Below, in pieces: positions 9,614-16,748 of a stretch of DNA of 54,965 nt (positions within the stretch are counted from its first letter, which is position 1; every line of letters begins with the position of its first letter). The position numbers and the translations under genes were made by a program. The notes beneath the pieces are model-generated. The model saw only the letters and a program-made list of their open reading frames with translations, did no database searches and had not been told where the DNA came from. The DNA comes from an uncultured Clostridia bacterium (GTDB lineage: Bacteria; Bacillota; Clostridia; Christensenellales; CAG-917). The DNA lies in the NCBI GenBank assembly GCA_947628855.1, contig CANRBM010000003.1, positions 1 through 54,965 of the forward strand. Reading direction: 5' to 3'.

Positions 9614-9650
9614 GTTTTAAGTAAAAACCTCACACAATACGCACGTTAAT

Positions 9651-9797
9651 ATCAAAGCTCTCACGCAGGAGTTAGTACCATACACATGATCCAAGATGCG
9701 CGAACTAGGCGACTGAAAGTGCCGATGTTCGCGCTTTTTAGCTTGGGGTGCAGGGGACGAAGTCCCTTGCCGAGGTGTGGAGCAGCGCTCCACAAAT
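9651..9797 (+). repeat. Copy A of a ~150-nt two-copy element containing an intrinsic-terminator-like hairpin
   Basis: Aligns by eye with 18431-18596: 'AAGCTCTCACGCAGGAGTT..ATACCATACACA', the terminator stem, and 'TTTTTAGCTTGGGGTG(C)AGGGGACGAAGTCCCTTGCCGAGG'. Stem GCGCGAAC 9698-9705 / GTTCGCGC 9727-9734 followed by T5. Second hairpin GTGGAGC-AGC-GCTCCAC. Confidence 0.75.
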
Positions 9798-9800
9798 AAA

Positions 9801-10676
9801 TTAAAATTCGTTCAATGCAGCTTCAAAATCACTTGGGGGAGATTTGCGGGTAAGGGGTGTGAAGCATGCGGCGAGCGCGGTAGCGGCTGTGTCGAGCGAG
9901 AAACAATGTCTGAGCATATGCGGCAGGGCGAGGATGAGGTTTGACGAGCAGACGACGGGCGAGTAGAGCGCGAGCGCGCTGTCGCCGAAATACGCCTCGA
10001 AACCGTCATTGTCCGCGGCGGACCATACGATGTCGCCGAAAAGGCGGGAGCTTAGGAGCAGATGGTCGTCGAGGCGGATCTTTTCGCCGTCAAGGAGAAG
10101 AGTTCGTGAATTTTTGTCGAAATTTGGCAAAAAGTCGCATATATCGCACATTTTGAGGGGGACGGAAGGATAATCCTCATTTATGTCGGACACTATTTTG
10201 CGCCAGAGGAGAGAGGTGACAAGCCGTCCGCCCCTGTCAAGCAAAATGACGCCTTTGTCCTCCTGCATGGCAAATTCGTAGGCGACGCGGGCGGTGCGCT
10301 CTATTTCGAGCTCCGAAAAATATTCCACGTCGTAGGCGGCGCGTCCGAACTTAGCGTTGTTGTCGTAGCCGCTCCTGTCGCCGTATATGCCTGACGTCGC
10401 GTTTGTCACGAGTTTTATAGCTCCCGCGCGCAGGGAAGTGTGAAGTTCCAGTTCCTTTTGAAGCGCCGCTGCCTTGCCGATGTCATTTGCATACGCGCCG
10501 ACAAGTACGGCTCCCGCGGCTTTTGCGGCGTCCATAGCTTGAAGTTTGCCGCATACCGCGGGCAGGACTTCGAGCTCTATGGATAGGGAAAATCGCTCAT
10601 TCAATTTGCCAAGCGCAAGTCGGACGAGCTTGAGCGCAGGATCCCCGTTTTGAAAAAACGCGACAATCTTATTCAT
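9801..10676 (-). CDS. Divergent, short isocitrate/isopropylmalate-dehydrogenase-family-like protein
   Basis: 291 aa. Blocks reminiscent of the IDH/IMDH family ('ERTARVAYEFA', 'LVTSLLWRKIV', 'LFGDIVWSAAD'), but it is short and the canonical substrate motif looks degenerate. The ATG overlaps the stop of the ClC gene by 8 nt. Confidence 0.45.
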   Translation of the reverse strand: MNKIVAFFQNGDPALKLVRLALGKLNERFSLSIELEVLPAVCGKLQAMDAAKAAGAVLVGAYANDIGKAAALQKELELHTSLRAGAIKLVTNATSGIYGDRSGYDNNAKFGRAAYDVEYFSELEIERTARVAYEFAMQEDKGVILLDRGGRLVTSLLWRKIVSDINEDYPSVPLKMCDICDFLPNFDKNSRTLLLDGEKIRLDDHLLLSSRLFGDIVWSAADNDGFEAYFGDSALALYSPVVCSSNLILALPHMLRHCFSLDTAATALAACFTPLTRKSPPSDFEAALNEF

Positions 10677-12714
10677 TTTTGTCTCCTTTGTCAGAGCGGT
10701 CGTCGCTTACGCTTGCAATGTCGCGCGGACTCTCGTCATCGCCTACATTTGCGACGGTAGCCGTTTGGACTTCTCTATCGGTCGCGTCGCAATTTTGAGT
10801 TTGAGAACGGGCGCCAGAAACAACCGAATCGGCAGTTTGTTCTTCATTTTGAGGTGTTAAAGAGTGGTTTTTGTCAGAATTCTCGCATCGAGCTGAATTT
10901 TCGAGACTGCCATCCTTTGGTGAAGTTTTGGCGTTTTCGGCGCGCGTTTCGTTGTCTTTTACAGATTGCTCAATATCTGCAAGAGGGTCGCCGTCTGCAA
11001 GCGACGAGGCCTCCTGCTTGAATTGTGAGGGATCCTCGTCGGAGGCGCCTATCGTGGAAAGAATGTGCAATATCCCCGTGTGCCTAAGTTTGTTGAGGTG
11101 GTTGATGGGACTGACTATCTCCTCTACGCGCGCGTCAAAATTCTCCGGGTCGTTCACTTCCGCACACATAGTGAGTTTGTCGCCCACTTGCAGCACGGTA
11201 TCCGAGCCGGGGACTATGGCGTCGCCGTCCCTCTCAAGCAGTTTGAAAGACGTGCCCTCCTGCCAAAGCATATCGCCGAGCGGTTTGCCGGCGGCAAGGG
11301 ATCCGGCTCTCACGCGCGTCGTGTACTCGTGTATGCCGCGTTTCATGCCGTGTCCGAAGCGCTCCTCCATATCATCGAGCAGGAAGTCGTAGAGCGGCTT
11401 GACGGAGAATATTTCGCTGAACATATAGCCTATGAATACGCCGAGCACGACGGGCAGGAGCAGAGTGGACTGCCACGTAAATTCCACGACGAAGATTATC
11501 GCTGTGAGAGGCGCCTTGACCGTCGCGGCGAATATTGTAGCCATGGATATGAGCACGATGTAGTCCGTAAACGCCGCATCCATGCCCATTATGACGAGAA
11601 GGCGGGACATCAACGCGCCGACGAGCGCGCCCAAGGATATGATGGGGACGAATATGCCGCCCGGGACTCCCGTGCTTATGCCGAGAACAAGGCTCACGAG
11701 CCTAAGGACTATGATGATGACGAGCGTCGCCGCTATGGGTGCGCCGAATACGAGCCCCAGGGACATCTGCCCCTCGCCGCCGTTTGTGGCGAGCATATTG
11801 ATGAGGGAGTGCCCTCCGCCCGTTGCGTACACCGTTATAAGTCCCGCCGCGCCCGCAAAGAGGAAGGGGATGAGGTATCTCGCGGCGCCTTTGAGCGCGG
11901 TTATTTTCATTATGCGTTTTCTGCCGAATTTGACGAGATAAAAGAAGAGCACGCCGACTATCCCGCTTGCGAGCGCGGCAAGTGCGACGTAAAGATAGCC
12001 TATCGCGGGCATGTGCGCAAGTTTGAAACCTATGAGCTCGCTCTCTATCTCCAGCCCGAGCGCGAGGTGCAGCAGGTTGCGCGTTATGACAGCGGATATG
12101 ACCGCGGAAAAGGAGCATATGAGTATGGACGGCGTAAAGCGGCGGTGCGCCTCTTCAAGCGCAAACACTATGCCCGTTAGGGGCGCGTTTGCCGCGACAG
12201 CTACGCCCGCGCAAGCTCCGCCCGTGATTTGATAGCGCCGCTCCATATCCGTACTGCCAAAGGGTCTGCTTACGGCGTCGCCGCACATGCCGCCTATGAA
12301 CATGCACGGACCCTCCGCGCCCGCGCTAAGACCCATAAATATGCTTATAAGGCTCGCCGCCGCCATAGCGGGGAGCATCTGATACCACTTCATTTTGAGA
12401 AGCCCGCGGGTCACGCCCTCCGTTTGCGGGACGCCGTTGGAGCCGAGCATGGGCAGAAAACGATTGAGCGTAGCCACCATAAACGCGCCTACCGCAAGCA
12501 CCAAAAATAGCAACGGGACATACGCGGGATGCGCCTGCACGCTCTCGTAGATGTTGTAGGAATGCTCGGACAGTACCTCCGTCGCAAGCGCGAAAAACGT
12601 GACCGCCACGCCCACCGTCAGCCCCGTAAGTATGCCGACCAGCATGACTGTGACGCTCTTCCTGTACATGTCCTGTAATATTTGCCTTTTCGTCATATGC
12701 CCCGCCGAAATCAA
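10669..12714 (-). CDS. ClC-family voltage-gated chloride channel/antiporter with C-terminal RCK_C (TrkA-C)-like domain and low-complexity tail
   Basis: 681 aa. ClC selectivity-filter-like motifs 'GSNGVPQTEG', 'GAEGPCMFIGG', 'GGIFVPIISLGA'. More than 10 TM segments. 'VLQVGDKLTMCAEV' is TrkA-C-like. The last ~110 aa are Asp/Ser/Glu-rich. Confidence 0.8.
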   Translation of the reverse strand: MISAGHMTKRQILQDMYRKSVTVMLVGILTGLTVGVAVTFFALATEVLSEHSYNIYESVQAHPAYVPLLFLVLAVGAFMVATLNRFLPMLGSNGVPQTEGVTRGLLKMKWYQMLPAMAAASLISIFMGLSAGAEGPCMFIGGMCGDAVSRPFGSTDMERRYQITGGACAGVAVAANAPLTGIVFALEEAHRRFTPSILICSFSAVISAVITRNLLHLALGLEIESELIGFKLAHMPAIGYLYVALAALASGIVGVLFFYLVKFGRKRIMKITALKGAARYLIPFLFAGAAGLITVYATGGGHSLINMLATNGGEGQMSLGLVFGAPIAATLVIIIVLRLVSLVLGISTGVPGGIFVPIISLGALVGALMSRLLVIMGMDAAFTDYIVLISMATIFAATVKAPLTAIIFVVEFTWQSTLLLPVVLGVFIGYMFSEIFSVKPLYDFLLDDMEERFGHGMKRGIHEYTTRVRAGSLAAGKPLGDMLWQEGTSFKLLERDGDAIVPGSDTVLQVGDKLTMCAEVNDPENFDARVEEIVSPINHLNKLRHTGILHILSTIGASDEDPSQFKQEASSLADGDPLADIEQSVKDNETRAENAKTSPKDGSLENSARCENSDKNHSLTPQNEEQTADSVVSGARSQTQNCDATDREVQTATVANVGDDESPRDIASVSDDRSDKGDKNE

Positions 12715-12986
12715 ATTATATCCAAATTATAATACGCCTCGCGCGAAAAAGCAAGTTCAAAGGCAGGGCAAGGAGCATAATAAGTCAATATATACTTCTA
12801 CAGTTTGATTCCCGAAATGAAGGAGAAGATGGAGAAATTGTCCCACAGGCTGGAAAAGGAAGCCAACGAAAGAGTCCGCCAATCCTGTATGCGACGCTTC
12901 AAAACCCAAAACGTAAATGTAAGTCCTTAGGCGCCTGCAAAGCATATGTTCTTGCACCACATAAAATATATTGCTGTATACAAAAA

Positions 12987-13009
12987 GCCGAAATGCTTCG
13001 GCTTTTTTT
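12987..13009 (-). terminator. Bidirectional intrinsic terminator downstream of the R-M operon
   Basis: GCCGAA-ATGC-TTCGGC hairpin (12987-13002) flanked by A5 on the left and T7 on the right. It lies 35 nt beyond the endonuclease stop. Confidence 0.7.
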
Positions 13010-13043
13010 AATATAAAGCAAACGAAGTATAAAATTATATACG

Positions 13044-13865
13044 TTATTGCGCATCTTTAAAGCCCATGTAGGTGCTGAATCCCAGCATATATGCTGCCAT
13101 TGCGATGGACAAATCCTTCGGCACTATATTCATTGCGACGGCCATTGCTTTTAATTCCTCCATGACCGTGTCATGCGGCATTATGGTATTGTCAAGTTCA
13201 TTTACTGCTTTTTCAATTACAAAGGGAAGCACCATGCACATTTCATAAAAAGCGTTACGTTGTCCTGTTACAATGGAATAAAACTGATCGACACTTACTC
13301 TTCGGATTTGCTTATGCCCAACTCTATTTCTGTCTATGGTAGTTTCCCACTTGATATTTTGAGAATGTTGGGCGATGATTTCGACCAAAAAACATGCACA
13401 ATCGTCATCATGCAAAATTTGATTCTGCATTTTTATGTAAGTTTTACTACTAGAAGATGAGTTCATGGTATTATGTTTGTTTTTCATTTCAACATAAATC
13501 CTATGAACTATTCCTGCCTCAGGAATTTCAATTCCGTTTTCATTGGTGTATATGACATCCCAACCGCCTTCTTCACCATTTTGGGGGACATGGCAATTGG
13601 CGATATATTGAAATACTCTTTGATGAAAATACCCTATATCATTGTTGTTTGATTTATCACGCTGTCTAAATATTTCGTTGCTTACAATTTCTTCCCAAGA
13701 AGAATGATAAACCGTCTTGTCAAAGATTAATTTAATTGGGTCGATTAAATTTTTGTTGAATCTCTTTAAATCAAAAGATTTCAGTTTTTCGCCATATTTC
13801 CTAATCGTTTCTTTGACATGATTAGAAAAATCTTCTTCGCTTATAAAAGATAAATTCCAGCTCAT
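13044..13865 (-). CDS. Type II restriction endonuclease, Eco47II-family-like
   Basis: 273 aa. It overlaps the methyltransferase stop by 4 nt (ATGA). Remembered Eco47II-family blocks: 'LSFISEEDF..HVK', 'LIDPIKLIFD', 'RQRDKSNNNDIGYFHQ', 'VEMKNKHNTMNSSSSSKTY', 'CFLVEIIA..SQNI.W'. The family assignment is from memory, not a search. Confidence 0.65.
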   Translation of the reverse strand: MSWNLSFISEEDFSNHVKETIRKYGEKLKSFDLKRFNKNLIDPIKLIFDKTVYHSSWEEIVSNEIFRQRDKSNNNDIGYFHQRVFQYIANCHVPQNGEEGGWDVIYTNENGIEIPEAGIVHRIYVEMKNKHNTMNSSSSSKTYIKMQNQILHDDDCACFLVEIIAQHSQNIKWETTIDRNRVGHKQIRRVSVDQFYSIVTGQRNAFYEMCMVLPFVIEKAVNELDNTIMPHDTVMEELKAMAVAMNIVPKDLSIAMAAYMLGFSTYMGFKDAQ

Positions 13866-14887
13866 ATGCCCTCCAATGCTTCTTTGATTTTGCTACCAAT
13901 TTCAAAAGCCAACTTTACGGGAACCGCATTTCCTACTTGTCGATATTTCTCAGATAGAGTACCCCAAAAGCCCCACTCATCGGGGAATGTTTGTATCCGA
14001 GCATTTTCCCTATATGAAAAAGGTCGAACTTCCAATGGATGGCATCTATCCGTTTGCTTCATTCCAGGATTTGTTAACACCGTTAAAGAAGGCTCATCAA
14101 GACCTATTCGCCTAAGAATACCAGTTCTGCCACCGCCCATATTCCAACAAGTTTTCATATACTCTTTGGCAATTTGGGGGTCAATATCGCGCCAATATCC
14201 ACCTGGTGGAACCAGGGCAAAAACGCATGCCTTGCTTGAAGAATATCTTGCGCATTCATCACTCGACGGGTTTATATCAAGTTTTACATCACGCATGACG
14301 GGCTTATAGTCGTGCTTTTGAGGAAATGTAAATTTGCATTTGCTTATCAAATCTTCGCGTATTCCTATAGTTATTAAGCGTTCCCTTTTTTGTGGAACAC
14401 CATAATCCCACGCATTAAGAATCTCATGAGAGGTTATGTATCCTTGTTCTTCAAATATTCCTAATATTGTTTGATATGTTTTACCGTGGTCATGAGTGAG
14501 TAAACCGCGGACATTTTCAAATAAAAACATTCTCGGTTGTAACTGTTCCAAAAAAGTAGCATAATGGTAAAACATTGTTCCACGAACATCTTGTAATCCA
14601 AGCCGTTTACCTGCATAACTAAAAGATTGGCAAGGTGGACCGCCAGACAATAAGTCTAATTCGCCTTTCTTTATATGGAATTCGGATTCAAGGTCACGCT
14701 GAGTTGTTAAAGCGATGTCTTCACATAAAACATTCCATTGCGGGCGATTCATAATCAAAGTATTGGCGGCGCTTCTGTCGTACTCCACCAAACCTATATG
14801 TTTAAAACCTGCTTGCTCTAATCCAAGCGCCAATCCGCCTGCTCCTGCAAAGAGTTCTATACTTTTTAAAACGTTTTTTTTTCCCAT
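13862..14887 (-). CDS. dcm: DNA (cytosine-5)-methyltransferase
   Basis: 341 aa. C5-MTase motifs I 'IELFAGAGGLALGL', IV 'GGPPCQSFSYAGKR', VI 'ENVRGL', VIII 'QKRERL', X 'GNAVPVKLA'. Confidence 0.9.
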   Translation of the reverse strand: MGKKNVLKSIELFAGAGGLALGLEQAGFKHIGLVEYDRSAANTLIMNRPQWNVLCEDIALTTQRDLESEFHIKKGELDLLSGGPPCQSFSYAGKRLGLQDVRGTMFYHYATFLEQLQPRMFLFENVRGLLTHDHGKTYQTILGIFEEQGYITSHEILNAWDYGVPQKRERLITIGIREDLISKCKFTFPQKHDYKPVMRDVKLDINPSSDECARYSSSKACVFALVPPGGYWRDIDPQIAKEYMKTCWNMGGGRTGILRRIGLDEPSLTVLTNPGMKQTDRCHPLEVRPFSYRENARIQTFPDEWGFWGTLSEKYRQVGNAVPVKLAFEIGSKIKEALEGI

Positions 14888-15185
14888 ATTTATCCTTATA
14901 AATTATTATATCACAGAAATAAAGTTTTTTCAAGCAACCATAAATGAAAAATGCTTCCCTTTGACAGAAAAATCCTCAATAACTTTGCAAAACATACTAA
15001 CTATAAAATTTCCAAATCAAATTTAAGGGCACACAACATGTTGCAAAATATTGCAGATGAGTTATAATAAACTTTAAGAAATAAAAAACAATACCCATCG
15101 GCTATTATAGAAATTGTCGAAAATGTAACGAAGTAAATCATCCAAGTCAAAATTAAAAACCCAACTTCAAGGAGCGACACGCATT

Positions 15186-15347
15186 ATGTGGCAAAAATTG
15201 AGTCATGAGGAGTTTATGGATTAGGCGATCGCGGGCGGACTTGCGGGCGCGCTGTACGGCTATGAAGCCATCCCCGAAGAGTGGCGAGCCTCCTTGCTAA
15301 AGCGAGACTATATCGAGTCCCTTTGCGAGCGCGCCTTCCCCACCTAA
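15186..15347 (+). pseudogene. C-terminal remnant of an ADP-ribosylglycohydrolase-family gene
   Basis: After an in-frame TAG (15222-15224), the frame reads 'AIAGGLAGALYGYEAIPEEWRASLLKRDYIESLCERAFPT*' (15225-15347). This is a typical ARH-family C-terminus. The sequence upstream of the stop is unrelated and AT-rich. Confidence 0.6.
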
Positions 15348-15373
15348 GAGAGTATTGAAAAGTTACATATGAA

Positions 15374-15400
15374 AAGCCACTCCATCATATGGGGTGGCTT
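15374..15400. terminator. Hairpin shared by the ARH remnant (+) and the WYL regulator gene (-)
   Basis: AAGCCACTCC (15374-15383) / GGGGTGGCTT (15391-15400), 10 bp with one G-U pair. A short T-run follows on the minus strand. Confidence 0.45.
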
Positions 15401-15441
15401 TATACTACGATTTTTCTATGTCTGTATTTTGGACTTAGGCG

Positions 15442-16422
15442 TCAATCGTTTTGATACATTTTGAGCGTCTCTTTGAGGGTGGCGATTATTTTGTTGCGGA
15501 GGGAGGTAGGGGAGAGGACTTCGACGTTGGTGTTGTACTGGAGCGCCCAGTACAGCATAGCCTGTTCGCTTGCGCGCACGCGCACGGTTATGGAGTCGCC
15601 CTCCTGCTTGGTCACTGTGAAGCCGTCGCCGAACCAGTCCGTCAAGTCCTTGACGAAGTTCTTGTCGCACTTGAGCGTCGCGCGGACGGGCTTATCGCTG
15701 AACATATAGGGCAGGCATGTGGTGAGGTCGTGGTAGTTCAAGCCGTGCTCGAAGCCCGCGTTTTCCGTGACGGGGACGGCGGCGTCGGGCAATATCTCGG
15801 GGTGAGTTATCCTGTCTATCCTCAGATAGCTTATCTTGCCGCCCTTGTTCTCGTTGCGGAAAACCACGTAATAGCGTTGATTGTTGAGAAGCATGCCGTA
15901 GGGCGAGCCGACATAGCGCTCCTTGAAGAGCAACTTTTTGTCCGTGCCCACGGTGTTGTAGTCAAAGGCTATCTGCTTGCCGCCGTCTATCGCCTCGCCG
16001 ATGATGTCGATGTTCAAGAAGAAATCCTTGTTTTCAAACTTGCCCCAATCGTTGACTGAGTGCACGTGCTTTATGTGCTCTCCCACGTCGGGACCGCCCA
16101 GCGCGATGAGCTTGTCAATAAGATCGGAAGAGTAGCGCTGCCCGATGTATTTGGAGCCTTGTACGCTGTCTATTAGCCAGCGTATCTCGTACTCCTCGAG
16201 CGCGGGCTCGTCCTGTATGAGATACACCCCGCGCCGCCTTTCGGACAGAGGGTAGAAGTCCCTGAGGCGGGAGATGTTGCGCCCGATCGCTTTGCGCTCG
16301 CACACCACGCCGTATTCGTCGTACAGCAGGTCGATTATGCGCTGTTGCGTGAGCGGCTCGTCATAGGACGAGTACTTTTTCAAAATGTTGTAGATTTGGA
16401 TGAGCAGAGTTTTTGTCGCCAT
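15442..16422 (-). CDS. WYL-domain transcriptional regulator (wHTH-WYL-WCX architecture, BrxR/CapW-like)
   Basis: 326 aa. N-terminal HTH 'LTQQRIIDLLYDEYGVVCERKAIGRNISRL'. WYL core 'SPYGMLLNNQRYYVVFRNENKGGKISYLRIDRI'. C-terminal 'AMLYWALQYNTNVEVLSPTSLRNKI' is typical of the WCX extension. Confidence 0.75.
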   Translation of the reverse strand: MATKTLLIQIYNILKKYSSYDEPLTQQRIIDLLYDEYGVVCERKAIGRNISRLRDFYPLSERRRGVYLIQDEPALEEYEIRWLIDSVQGSKYIGQRYSSDLIDKLIALGGPDVGEHIKHVHSVNDWGKFENKDFFLNIDIIGEAIDGGKQIAFDYNTVGTDKKLLFKERYVGSPYGMLLNNQRYYVVFRNENKGGKISYLRIDRITHPEILPDAAVPVTENAGFEHGLNYHDLTTCLPYMFSDKPVRATLKCDKNFVKDLTDWFGDGFTVTKQEGDSITVRVRASEQAMLYWALQYNTNVEVLSPTSLRNKIIATLKETLKMYQND

Positions 16423-16542
16423 ATTCGCCTCGCTTTTGGACGCCTCGCGCCCCTATGTCTTGAAATGAGCATATCAAATTTGATGTCCCGTTTTCGGTAC
16501 ATATTATAGGATAACATATTGTCATAAGCAATACTCAAAACA

Positions 16543-16564
16543 AAAATTTGCGAGCGCAAATTTT
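16543..16564. promoter_or_regulatory. Perfect 10+10 inverted repeat (candidate operator) in the WYL/sirtuin divergent intergenic region
   Basis: AAAATTTGCG-AG-CGCAAATTTT, located about 120 nt upstream of the WYL regulator ATG. Confidence 0.45.
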
Positions 16565-16605
16565 CGGATAAGGCGGCGCATAAAATCTTTTCGGAGGTAT
16601 CAACT

Positions 16606-16671
16606 ATGTTGGTCTTGGCGGCGGGCGCGGCGGTAATATTGTTTTTGATATCCGTTTGCAAAGGAAAATAA
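16606..16671 (+). CDS. Candidate 21-aa hydrophobic small ORF (MLVLAAGAAVILFLISVCKGK)
   Basis: GGAGG (16593-16597) lies 8 nt before the ATG. Single predicted TM helix with a basic C-terminus. No other support. Confidence 0.25.
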   Translation: MLVLAAGAAVILFLISVCKGK

Positions 16672-16748
16672 AAAAAATTCGGGTCTATAATATTTTTGAT
16701 GACAAGCGGGAAAAGGGGTGCTAAAATATAGCCGTCAAGGAGGAAGTT

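Larger units (their letters stand above)
12960..15224. other. AT-rich genomic islet carrying a type II R-M system
   Basis: Base composition and codon usage (AAA, TTT, ATT, AAT rich) are visibly different from both flanks. This was judged by eye, not computed. The right edge coincides with the break point of a truncated ADP-ribosylglycohydrolase gene. No mobility gene is present. Confidence 0.6.

Noticed and set aside
9290-9800. Possible CRISPR array, because of the repeated short units.
   Set aside because: The repeats are of several different kinds and irregularly spaced. Several are themselves palindromic hairpins. There is no repeat-spacer periodicity and there are no cas genes.
12757-12960. 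The 67-aa minus-strand ORF and a roughly 38-aa plus-strand ORF (MKEKMEKLSHRLEKEANERVRQ...) in the ClC-upstream / islet border region.
   Set aside because: There is no RBS and no recognisable motif, and they sit in a promoter or junction region. They may be debris of the disrupted locus, but I cannot support a call.
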